A stretch of DNA of 28,164 nt from Promethearchaeota archaeon (lineage in GTDB: Archaea; Asgardarchaeota; Lokiarchaeia; Sigyniarchaeales; SOKP01). How positions within the stretch are numbered: the stretch's first letter is position 1; each line of letters begins with the position of its first letter. The position numbers and the translations under genes were made by a program. The stretch is taken from contig JAHLWH010000157.1 in the NCBI GenBank assembly GCA_019058015.1, positions 1 through 28,164 of the forward strand, read 5' to 3'. Positions 19,443-27,992 of the stretch are shown one piece after another. Under the pieces are notes generated by a model. That model made no database searches. It had not been told where the DNA came from and was given only the letters and a program-made list of their open reading frames with translations.

Positions 19443-19610
19443 AATTCTATTCTTTTTCAAAATCGAAAATCAGTTTTGATTTTATTTTTCATATTTTGCA
19501 CTTATAACCCGCATCATCATAAGCAACATAGCTGATGATGCTAAAATGCAACATTGTTTTTGAATTCTATTCTATATTTTTTCTTGGATTAAAACAGTTT
19601 TAGAATAGAA
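19443..19610 (+). promoter_or_regulatory. Structured his-operon leader (putative attenuator)
   Basis: Stems at 19459-19468/19474-19483, GCATCATCA 19511-19519/TGATGATGC 19533-19541, and TTCTATTCTA 19565-19574/TAGAATAGAA 19601-19610. AATTCTATTCT is repeated at 19443 and 19563, which allows alternative pairing. Confidence 0.55.
19476..19535 (+). CDS. Putative His-rich leader peptide (M)ILFFIFCTYNPHHHKQHS
   Basis: TTG-started 19-codon ORF with CAT CAT CAT AAG CAA CAT (4 His in 6 codons) directly upstream of hisC. Confidence 0.45.
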   Translation: MILFFIFCTYNPHHHKQHS

Positions 19611-19685
19611 ACCATAACAAAACATAATTAAAAATAGAGGTAATAAAAATGAAACTGAAAGGTGAATATATTCATCAATAAAAAG

Positions 19686-20849
19686 ATGAAAAAATTAAAA
19701 TCAAGTCTTGAAAAGGAAATTCAAGCAAAATCTAACATTCAAAATATGATAAAATATGATCCCCCATTAGAACAGAGACAGGGGAAAATTCGTTTAGATT
19801 TTAATGAGAATACATTTGGATGTTCTCCTAAAGTATTGGAAAGATTCCAAAAAATATCAATTGAAGATTTTTCTATATATCCAGAGAATAATACTTTTCG
19901 ACTAAAATTGGCAAAATTTCTTAATCTTTTTCCCTCAGAAGTGCTGCCATCTAATGGTACTGATGAAGCAATAAAAATAATTATGGATGCTTATCTTGAT
20001 ACTGACCAAGAATTAATTTTATTAACACCATCGTTTACAATGTACGAGATTTATGCTTTAATTGCTGGAGCAAAAATTCGACCCATCCTTTATAAAGCAG
20101 ATTTTTCCTTTCCTTTGGAGGCTATTTTAGCTGCAATTTCACAAACTACAAGAATGATAATTATTGGTAATCCAAACAACCCAACTGGCACTATTGTTAA
20201 ACAAACAGACATAGAGAGAATTTTAAAAAAAGCAAAAAATGCACTTGTTATTATTGACGAAGCATATTTTCACTATTATGGAAAATCTTCAATGGGACTA
20301 ATTCGATCTTACTCGAATTTAGTTGTCCTCCAGACTTTTTCAAAAGCTTTTGGATTAGCAGGATTGAGAATAGGGTACATTATGGCAAATTCAGCAATAA
20401 TTGAAACGCTTCAGAAAGTTATTTCCCCTTATAGTGTTAACAAATTTGCACAAATTGCAGCAATAGCATCAATAGAAGATATGGGTTTTATCAACCAAAA
20501 AGTTGAAGAAGTTCGGAAGAATCGTCAGTTCTCAATAAATCAATTACAGAATTTGGGTATAAAAGTAATTCCTTCAGAAGCAAATTTCATAATTGCATAT
20601 TTTGGAGAAAAAATGCAAAAAGTTTACACTCTTCTGAATAATTTTGGAATTCTTGTACGAGATCAAAGTAAAAAACCACTATTAAAAAATTATCTTCGTA
20701 TTACTATTGGTACAAAAGAAGAATGCATTTTGCTAGTAAAAGCAATACAACAAATTTATTCGGAAATTGAACAAGATTCAGTAAATAAAATACCATATTT
20801 GAAAAATTTGAGCAAAATTGACAATCAAAATTATGGAGAGAGACAATAA
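19686..20849 (+). CDS. hisC: Histidinol-phosphate aminotransferase
   Basis: RLDFNEN, NGTDE, NPNNPTG, IDEAY and TFSKAFGLAGLRIGY. Start is either ATG 19686 or GTG 19662. Confidence 0.95.
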   Translation: MKKLKSSLEKEIQAKSNIQNMIKYDPPLEQRQGKIRLDFNENTFGCSPKVLERFQKISIEDFSIYPENNTFRLKLAKFLNLFPSEVLPSNGTDEAIKIIMDAYLDTDQELILLTPSFTMYEIYALIAGAKIRPILYKADFSFPLEAILAAISQTTRMIIIGNPNNPTGTIVKQTDIERILKKAKNALVIIDEAYFHYYGKSSMGLIRSYSNLVVLQTFSKAFGLAGLRIGYIMANSAIIETLQKVISPYSVNKFAQIAAIASIEDMGFINQKVEEVRKNRQFSINQLQNLGIKVIPSEANFIIAYFGEKMQKVYTLLNNFGILVRDQSKKPLLKNYLRITIGTKEECILLVKAIQQIYSEIEQDSVNKIPYLKNLSKIDNQNYGERQ

Positions 20850-20850
20850 A

Positions 20851-21438
20851 ATGAGAAAAGCATCCGTAAATTGTCAGACAAAAGAAACAAAAATTGATAT
20901 CAGCTTAAATGTAGATGGAAAAGGTAAATATAATATTTCATCACCAATTGCATTTCTATCTCATATGTTAGAATCATTCGCTAAACATGGACTATTTGAT
21001 ATTTCTCTAAAAGCAGAGGGAGATATGCAAGTGGATCAGCATCATACAGTTGAAGATTGTGGAATTATCCTTGGAATGGTATTCAATAAAGCATTGGGCT
21101 CAAAAAAGGGAATTAATAGAGCAGGATATTTTGTTTTTCCTATGGATGATGCATTGGCTTCAGTTTCAGTTGATCTTAGTGGAAGGCCATTCTTAATTTA
21201 TAATGTTCAGTTTACAAGACATTTTTGCGGTGATTTTGATACAGATTTGCTTAAAGATTTCTTTCAAGGTTTTGCAGTTAATTTAAAAGCAAATATCGCA
21301 ATTCAGCTTTTATATGGAAAAAATGATCATCACAAGATAGAAGCAATATTCAAGGCACTTGGGAAAGCTATGAAGATGGCCTGTTCAATTGATCCAAGAT
21401 TAGGAGAAAATATTTTAAGTACAAAGGGGCGTTTATAA
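20851..21438 (+). CDS. hisB: Imidazoleglycerol-phosphate dehydratase (monofunctional)
   Basis: TKET, HML, HHTVED, PMDDAL and NDHHKIEAIFKA. ATG at 20851 follows GGAGAG and sits 1 nt after the hisC stop. Confidence 0.96.
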   Translation: MRKASVNCQTKETKIDISLNVDGKGKYNISSPIAFLSHMLESFAKHGLFDISLKAEGDMQVDQHHTVEDCGIILGMVFNKALGSKKGINRAGYFVFPMDDALASVSVDLSGRPFLIYNVQFTRHFCGDFDTDLLKDFFQGFAVNLKANIAIQLLYGKNDHHKIEAIFKALGKAMKMACSIDPRLGENILSTKGRL

Positions 21439-22019
21439 TGATCACAATAATTGATTATGGAGTAGGAAATATTAAAAGTGTACAAAAAGCATTTACAAAG
21501 ATAGGAATAAAATCCATTATTTCAACAGAATCCCAAAAAATTGAGGAAGCAACTAAGCTTGTTCTTCCCGGAGTAGGAAATTTTGGCGATACTATGCAAG
21601 AACTTCGAAAACTAGGGTTTGATAAGATTCTTATTACTAAAATACAAGAAGAAACCCCATTTTTAGGAATTTGTGTTGGTATGCAAATATTGTTTGAAAC
21701 AAGCAGTGAAGCTGAAGGGATTAATGGACTAGGAATTTTTCGAGGACGCGTACAAAAATTCACACAAGGAAAGGTACCTCATATTGGCTGGAATGAAATT
21801 ATTCCAAGAAAGTCAAGAGTACTTAAAAAGGGATATGTATATTTTGCTAATTCATTTTATGTTGTACTAAAAGATGATTCAATCATTTCCGCAGAAACAG
21901 ATTATTTTGTACGATTTGCCAGTGCAATTGAAAAGGATAAAATTACAGCATTTCAATTTCATCCAGAAAAAAGTGGAGTATTTGGTCTAAATACATTAAA
22001 GAGGTGGGCAAAATGTTAG
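21438..22019 (+). CDS. hisH: Imidazole glycerol phosphate synthase, glutaminase subunit
   Basis: IDYGVGN, LPGVG, GICVGMQ, PHIGWN and QFHPEKSG. TAATG overlap with hisB. Confidence 0.96.
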   Translation: MITIIDYGVGNIKSVQKAFTKIGIKSIISTESQKIEEATKLVLPGVGNFGDTMQELRKLGFDKILITKIQEETPFLGICVGMQILFETSSEAEGINGLGIFRGRVQKFTQGKVPHIGWNEIIPRKSRVLKKGYVYFANSFYVVLKDDSIISAETDYFVRFASAIEKDKITAFQFHPEKSGVFGLNTLKRWAKC

Positions 22020-22777
22020 CAAAACGGATAATTCCTTGTTTGGATATCAACAGAGAACGCGTAGTAAAAGGAATAAATTTCAAAAATCTTAAAGATATTG
22101 GAAATCCTCTTGAACTAGCAAGATATTATTCGAATTCTGGAGCAGACGAGATAAGTTTTCTAGATATTACAGCATCTTATGAAAATCGTAAAATAATTCT
22201 TGAACTCGTGAAATCAGTAGCAAATGAAGTTTTTATTCCATTATCTGTTGGAGGTGGAATTCGAACAATAGAAGAAATTCAATCTATTTTAGCTGCAGGT
22301 GCAGAAAAAGTAAGCATTGGTACCAGCGCCGTTCAAAACCCACAGTTAATTGCAAAGGCTGCAAATAAGTTTGGAAATCAAGCAATTGTTCTTTCAATAG
22401 ACGTTCAGCGTTCTTCTTCAATGAAAAATGGCTGGGAAGTTTATATCAATGGTGGAAGAAAACCAACTGGGTTAGATGCATTAGAATTTGCACAAAAAAT
22501 GGAAAACTTAGGATCAGGTGAAATTTTATTAAATTCAATCGATCGTGATGGGACAAGACTAGGCTATGATCTTGAATTAATTAAATTATTTAATGAAAAT
22601 CTGAAGGTTCCAATTATTGCATCTGGTGGAGCAGGTACTTTAGAGAACATTCTAGATGTTTTTACAATTGGAGGTGCAGATGCAGCTCTTGTAGCTTCAC
22701 TTTTTCATTACAAAAATTATAAGATTACGGAAGTTAAAAAATATTTGCGAAAGCACAAAGTGGAGGTGCGTCTTTAA
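22013..22777 (+). CDS. hisF: Imidazole glycerol phosphate synthase, cyclase subunit
   Basis: MLAKRIIPCLD, FLDITAS, VGGGIR, SIDRDGT and IASGGAG. SD GAGGTG at 22001. Confidence 0.97.
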   Translation: MLAKRIIPCLDINRERVVKGINFKNLKDIGNPLELARYYSNSGADEISFLDITASYENRKIILELVKSVANEVFIPLSVGGGIRTIEEIQSILAAGAEKVSIGTSAVQNPQLIAKAANKFGNQAIVLSIDVQRSSSMKNGWEVYINGGRKPTGLDALEFAQKMENLGSGEILLNSIDRDGTRLGYDLELIKLFNENLKVPIIASGGAGTLENILDVFTIGGADAALVASLFHYKNYKITEVKKYLRKHKVEVRL

Positions 22778-24000
22778 TGCTAATTCCAAGCATTGATTTG
22801 ATGAATAATAAGGCAGTTCAACTTCAACAAGGGAAAACAAAAATATTAGAAAGAGATGATGTTCTTGAATTGGCAAAAGAATTTCAAAAATATGGAGAAA
22901 TTGCGGTTATTGATCTTGATGCAGCCCTCAATCAAGGTGATAATATTGAACTCATTAAGAAAATCTTAAAAATTGCAGAGTGCCGTGTTGGAGGTGGAAT
23001 TCGCACACTTGAAAAGGCAAATCAAATTTTGCAATTGGGTGCAAAAAAAATTTTTATTGGAACTAAAGCATACCCAACATTTCTACAGAAATTACCTAAA
23101 GATCGAATAATTGTTGCAATTGATACGAGAAATGATGTTGTTGTAAATGAAGGTTGGACAAAACCCACACAAAAGACACCTAAAATGATGATTAAAGAAT
23201 TAGAAAAATATTGCTCTGAATTTTTATTTACAAATATAAATATGGAAGGATTGATGAAAGGGATAGATTTCGATTTAGTTAGAGAATTAAGACAATTAAC
23301 TAAAAAAGAATTTACCGTTGCAGGGGGAATTACAAATCTTGATGACATCAGATTTTTAGAGAAATTAAATTGTAATTCACAAATAGGAATGGCAATATAC
23401 ACAGGAAGATTAAATCTTATGGATGCTTTCATCTCAGTTCTTGATTTTAAAAAGAATAACGGATTAATTCCAACAATTGTGCAAGAGAAAAATGGACAAG
23501 TGCTAATGCTTGCATATTCCTCAAAAGAATCTTTAAAACTAACATTTCAATCAAGAAAAGCAACATATTATAGTCGATCTCGAGAAAAAATTTGGATAAA
23601 AGGTGAAACATCAAATAATCATCAAGAATTAATCTATGCAAGATATGATTGCGATAAAGATACAATACTTTTCAAGGTTAAACAACATAATTTTGCTTGC
23701 CATCTGGGACGATATTCTTGTTTTGAACAAAAAAACTTTACATTAAATGAGTTATTTGATGTTATTAAATCAAGATTAAAGGTATATTCAAAAGATTCAT
23801 ATACATCCCAAATATCACAAGATGAAGAGAAAATCAAAGCAAAAATCTTGGAAGAGACAAAGGAAATTCTAAATTATACATCAGTAGACAATCTCATTTG
23901 GGAAATTGCTGATTTAACCTACTTTATTCTGGTTTTAATGGCAAAAAAAGGGATTTCTCTTAATGATATTAAAAATGAACTATGGAGACGACGAAAATGA
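22777..24000 (+). CDS. hisAIE: Trifunctional HisA-HisI-HisE fusion
   Basis: HisA barrel (IPSIDL, IDLDAA, VGGGIR, AGG) is in frame with HisI (VLMLAY, SRSR..W.KGETS, DCDKD, ACH...SCF) and HisE (SYT, KILEE, EIADL.Y). Confidence 0.92.
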   Translation: MLIPSIDLMNNKAVQLQQGKTKILERDDVLELAKEFQKYGEIAVIDLDAALNQGDNIELIKKILKIAECRVGGGIRTLEKANQILQLGAKKIFIGTKAYPTFLQKLPKDRIIVAIDTRNDVVVNEGWTKPTQKTPKMMIKELEKYCSEFLFTNINMEGLMKGIDFDLVRELRQLTKKEFTVAGGITNLDDIRFLEKLNCNSQIGMAIYTGRLNLMDAFISVLDFKKNNGLIPTIVQEKNGQVLMLAYSSKESLKLTFQSRKATYYSRSREKIWIKGETSNNHQELIYARYDCDKDTILFKVKQHNFACHLGRYSCFEQKNFTLNELFDVIKSRLKVYSKDSYTSQISQDEEKIKAKILEETKEILNYTSVDNLIWEIADLTYFILVLMAKKGISLNDIKNELWRRRK

Positions 24001-25034
24001 CTGGTATTCAAATTCAGATGGGAATTCCATCTAAGGGAAGGATGGGAAAAGAAACTAAAAATTTTTTGAATAAATGTGGATTGACAGTAATTCGAAGAAA
24101 ACGAGAATATCTAGGAAGAATTTTGACAATTCCGGAAATTCAACTTATTTTTCAACGACAAAAGGACATTCTTCGTGGAGTAGAAAATGAGTCTTTAAGT
24201 TTTGGAATTATTGGATATGATTTATTAAAAGAATATGCTAATTTAGCTGGAAATGAAGTCGTAATTCTTCATGACGGACTTGGATTTGGAAAATGTACAC
24301 TAGAGCTTGCAATTCCTGAAGGATGGAAAGAAGATTCTCTTGTACAAATTCTTAAGAATAAAAAGAAAATTCGTATTGCAACAAAATACACTCGGCTTGC
24401 AAGGCAATTTCAAGAAGTATGCAAGGACCAATTTGAAATTATTAATGGAACTGGATCTATTGAAGTATTCCCAACATTAGGATATTCTGATGCAATAATT
24501 GATTTAGTTTCAACTGGGCAAACAATTAAAGATAATCGATTGAAACGCATAAGTGGAGGAATAATTCTCAAATCCCAAGCAATCTTCATTGGAAATCGAA
24601 AAATGCTTAAAAATCCCAAAATTTTAGCAGTAGCTAAAGAAATACTTGAATATTTTGAGGCAACAATACGTGCTAATGAATATCTTCAAATTTTTGCAAA
24701 TATGAAAGAATCTGATCCAAAAAAGATAGCTCAAGCACTTTTTTCAATTCCTGAACTAGCAGGATTACAAGGACCAACAATTTCACCAGTTTACAAAAAA
24801 GATGGGACACTATGGAATGCAATTCACATTATTGTCAAAAAGAATCAGCTTCAAGAAGCTATTCAATCGCTCAGAAAAATTGGAGGTAGTGGAGTAATTG
24901 TTTCACCAGCATTGTATATTTTCGAAGAAGAACCACCACAATACCTTAATTTATTACGTGAAATGCAAAATGAATCAAAAAATAATGGAAAAGGATGTGA
25001 GGAATATGGAGATCCTAACCTTAAAATATTATAA
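23997..25034 (+). CDS. hisG: ATP phosphoribosyltransferase, long form
   Basis: PSKGR, GFGKC.L, ATKY and DAIIDLVSTGQT, plus a C-terminal regulatory domain. ATGA overlap with the preceding gene at 23997-24000. Confidence 0.96.
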   Translation: MTGIQIQMGIPSKGRMGKETKNFLNKCGLTVIRRKREYLGRILTIPEIQLIFQRQKDILRGVENESLSFGIIGYDLLKEYANLAGNEVVILHDGLGFGKCTLELAIPEGWKEDSLVQILKNKKKIRIATKYTRLARQFQEVCKDQFEIINGTGSIEVFPTLGYSDAIIDLVSTGQTIKDNRLKRISGGIILKSQAIFIGNRKMLKNPKILAVAKEILEYFEATIRANEYLQIFANMKESDPKKIAQALFSIPELAGLQGPTISPVYKKDGTLWNAIHIIVKKNQLQEAIQSLRKIGGSGVIVSPALYIFEEEPPQYLNLLREMQNESKNNGKGCEEYGDPNLKIL

Positions 25035-26256
25035 ACGTAAGCATTTTGATTATACAGAAATGTTTGAATTAAAAAAAGTTAGAAAAATTTTAAAATCAGT
25101 AAAAAGAAATGGAGATTCCGCAATCAAGCACTATACAAAACAATTTGATGAAGTTAATTTAGAGAAAATTCAAATTCCAGAAGAAAGAATTACAGAAATC
25201 TACAAATCTGCTGATCCAAAATTAATTGAACTTCTACAATATGCTACAAATCGAATACAACTTTTTGCATCAAAACAACTAGAATCTTTCAAAAATCTTG
25301 AAATAAAGATTGAAGATTCAATCATTGGACAAAAAATTGTGCCTATACAAAAAGTAGGATGCTATGTTCCAGGAGGACGTTTTCCTCTTATTTCTACTGC
25401 ATTGATGACAGTCATTCCTGCAAAAGTAGCTGGAGTGAAGGAAATATTTGTATGTTCCCCAAAAATTCATTCAATAACAATACTTGCAGCAAAAATTGCT
25501 GGTGCGGATCGAATATTCAATATGGGAGGAGTACAGGCAATAGCTGCTTTTGCATTCGGAACTGAATCTGTACCAAAAGTCGATAAAATTGTTGGACCTG
25601 GTAATAAATATGTTACAGCTGCAAAAAAAGAAGTATACGGAACAGTGGGAATTGATTTTCTTGCAGGACCTAGTGAAATATTAATTATTGCAGACGAAAC
25701 GGCTATACCAGAATTTATTGCTGCAGATCTTCTTGCACAAGCAGAACATGATCCAAATTCTATTCCGGAACTAATTACAACATCTCCTCAACTTGCAGAA
25801 AAAGTCAATCAACAACTAAAAATTCAACTTTCTAATTTAACGACAAAAAAAACTGCAGAAAGTGCATTAAAGAATGGAAAAATAATTCTTACAGATTCTA
25901 TACTAGATGCTATAAAAATGTCAAATAATATCGCTCCAGAACATTTAGAAATTCATATTTCCAATCCAGATCTAATAATTGATAAATTATATAATTATGG
26001 TTCCTTATTCATTGGGAATTATTCTGCGGAAACATTTGGAGACTATTGTAGCGGAACTAACCATATACTTCCTACAAATGGGGCAGCACGTTACACAGGA
26101 GGACTATCAGTAAAAAATTTCATTAAAATCCAAACATATCAAAAAATTGGCAAGAAAGATGCAAAAAAAATAAGTCAAATTACAGAAAACCTTGCAGAAA
26201 TAGAAGGATTATATGCACATAAAAATGCATCCATAATTCGTTTTAAATCTTTGTGA
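25006..26256 (+). CDS. hisD: Histidinol dehydrogenase
   Basis: [36 protein letters not shown] and [13 protein letters not shown]. Likely ATG at 25006 after GAGGA. Confidence 0.96.
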   Translation: MEILTLKYYKRKHFDYTEMFELKKVRKILKSVKRNGDSAIKHYTKQFDEVNLEKIQIPEERITEIYKSADPKLIELLQYATNRIQLFASKQLESFKNLEIKIEDSIIGQKIVPIQKVGCYVPGGRFPLISTALMTVIPAKVAGVKEIFVCSPKIHSITILAAKIAGADRIFNMGGVQAIAAFAFGTESVPKVDKIVGPGNKYVTAAKKEVYGTVGIDFLAGPSEILIIADETAIPEFIAADLLAQAEHDPNSIPELITTSPQLAEKVNQQLKIQLSNLTTKKTAESALKNGKIILTDSILDAIKMSNNIAPEHLEIHISNPDLIIDKLYNYGSLFIGNYSAETFGDYCSGTNHILPTNGAARYTGGLSVKNFIKIQTYQKIGKKDAKKISQITENLAEIEGLYAHKNASIIRFKSL

Positions 26257-26281
26257 AGATTATTTAAAATTGATAGAGAGA

Positions 26282-26338
26282 TTATGTGACTCCCACGATG
26301 TAAATATCTCCTGAAGAGTCTACAGCCAAGTTTATCCC
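26282..26338 (-). pseudogene. Remnant of a beta-propeller (SBBP/NHL-like) repeat gene
   Basis: The minus strand reads GINLAVDSSGDIYIVGVT*, close to the iAvDssGniYvtG blade consensus. It is an isolated GC-richer patch with no full ORF. Confidence 0.6.
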
Positions 26339-26377
26339 TATATTAAATATTTTTAATTTTTATTCTTTTTATTTTAT

Positions 26378-26436
26378 TGTTGGAAGCAATATTATTTTGT
26401 CTCAAATCAGCAATAAATAATTGTCAAATTTTGACA
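26378..26436. repeat. Left terminal repeat region with two putative transposase-binding sites
   Basis: TGTTGGAAGCAATATTATTTTGTCT at 26378-26402, TCAGCAATAAATAATTGTCA at 26407-26426, and palindrome TGTCAAATTTTGACA at 26422-26436. Confidence 0.65.
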
Positions 26437-26518
26437 CTAATTTTTATTTTTAATGTATTATTTTGGTATTAATAATAAATTTTAAAAAAAATAAAAAAAT
26501 TGATATTAATATTAAATC

Positions 26519-27859
26519 TTAAAGGTTTAATGTTTTTATTAGAAGATTGTTGTGGTAAACCAAGAGATTCCTGCCAAGGTTTGTCTCTTGGACCTCAACA
26601 TTTTTCCCTGCTAATTTATAATCGATAGTATAGAACTTTCCCTTATAAGATATTTGACCGCTATAGGTGATTTTTCTCCTTTTTTTAGCGTTTTTTTTCG
26701 GTGTAATTAAGATCTGATACGGATGGGTTATTAATAATTTATCTTTGGAATATAACTCTAATTTATTTTCATATTCAAGCACATCAATCCTTGAACCTGA
26801 ATATCCTGGCGGAACATCAAAAGCTTGGGACTTATATGATATTTGGTTGTATTTATTGACCTTTCTTTGCGACAACTCGTGAAGCCATCTCTCCCAATTC
26901 ACCTGCGTTTGAAGTGGTCTAAAAATACGATCTTTCATTTCAAAAAAGATTTTTGCAGGCGGTCCTTTATTAGCTAACATGCGATGAGGTTTTTTGGTAT
27001 TATACCAATTTAACCATTCCTTAAATTTTTGGTTAAAATCTGCCAGGGAACACTGAGGATTGTTATTGACATAATGCCTTCCTTCAATTAAAAACATTTG
27101 AACGACTGTGCCAAACCATCTTTCGAGCTTTCCTTTAGTTTGGGGGTGATATGGTTTAGCAAAAATAGGCTTAATATCCATAGACTCGAGAAGTTTTGAA
27201 TATTTAGTTCCTAAATCCCCAATTACATTACGAAATTGAAGTCCGTTATCGGCAAGGATCTGGTTTGGTCTTCCATAAGCCATAATAGCATCTCGGATAA
27301 TTTTTATTATATTTGTCCCTTTTTGGCCCCCAAAATATTCCGCTGCCAATATGAACCTCGAGCAATCGTCCAGTAAACCTACCAAATACAATTGCTTTAA
27401 ATGGCCAATAGTTTGAACGCCTGCAATATCAATTTGCCACAGATCATTTGGTTTTTTCCTTTCAAATTTGATATATCCCTGTTTTCGGTATTCAGATTTA
27501 TAAGTAAGCCCTTGATCTCGAATAAATTTTCGAATTGTTGATATAGAAGGGTAGGAGTTTGGATATTCGTTTCTCAGTATTTTATGTACTAATGGTGCGC
27601 TTCTCTGTGGTAATTCCTCCTTTAATTCCACAATCCGATTAAATATTATAGACGGATATTTTTTTGGACGACCCGATTCCTTTTTAGAATTTTGGGAGAC
27701 GAGGGAATTTTCTTGGTTTACACATTTAAGCCATCTATAAATGGTTCTCAAGGATTTTCCAAAATGAATTGCGAGTTCTTTGTGTGAAAGACCTTGATTA
27801 TAATGCATTTCTTTCACTTCATCATATAAATCCTTTTTTATTTTATCTTTCATATCCAT
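26519..27859 (-). CDS. DDE transposase/integrase (rve core, IS481-like) with N-terminal HTH and duplicated Mu-transposase-C-like beta domain
   Basis: HTH GLSHKELA...SLRTIYRW. Catalytic WQID / ADNG / KGKLER. Two C-terminal RK(V/I)xxxxQISYK repeats. Confidence 0.93.
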   Translation of the reverse strand: MDMKDKIKKDLYDEVKEMHYNQGLSHKELAIHFGKSLRTIYRWLKCVNQENSLVSQNSKKESGRPKKYPSIIFNRIVELKEELPQRSAPLVHKILRNEYPNSYPSISTIRKFIRDQGLTYKSEYRKQGYIKFERKKPNDLWQIDIAGVQTIGHLKQLYLVGLLDDCSRFILAAEYFGGQKGTNIIKIIRDAIMAYGRPNQILADNGLQFRNVIGDLGTKYSKLLESMDIKPIFAKPYHPQTKGKLERWFGTVVQMFLIEGRHYVNNNPQCSLADFNQKFKEWLNWYNTKKPHRMLANKGPPAKIFFEMKDRIFRPLQTQVNWERWLHELSQRKVNKYNQISYKSQAFDVPPGYSGSRIDVLEYENKLELYSKDKLLITHPYQILITPKKNAKKRRKITYSGQISYKGKFYTIDYKLAGKNVEVQETNLGRNLLVYHNNLLIKTLNL

Positions 27860-27992
27860 TGTTTAATCACTTCCTGTGCCGTAATTTAAGCACATTTGGT
27901 CAAATTAGACATAATATAAAAGTAAAATTGCTAATTAGGTCATAGTAAAAAATTTAGATTATGTTTCCTTAAATTAGTGCCCTAATTGAAAA

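Noticed and set aside
19531-19541. CTGATGA as part of a box C/D sRNA
   Set aside because: No properly spaced C and D pair is present, and the motif is explained as the 3' arm of the leader stem.
24898-25005. Extended N-termini given by the ORF track for hisD (and similarly hisB, hisF, hisG)
   Set aside because: Downstream ATGs have SD motifs or stop-start coupling and match the expected family N-termini.
4339-25565. Short overlapping ORFs in the track (4339-4566, 6267-6494, 8648-8956, 11462-11656, 13239-13433, 14073-14324, 15933-16115, 16835-17053, 21455-21763, 23022-23432, 23447-23665, 23634-23837, 24410-24619, 25359-25565)
   Set aside because: They are antisense or out-of-frame shadows of well-supported genes and have no recognisable motifs.
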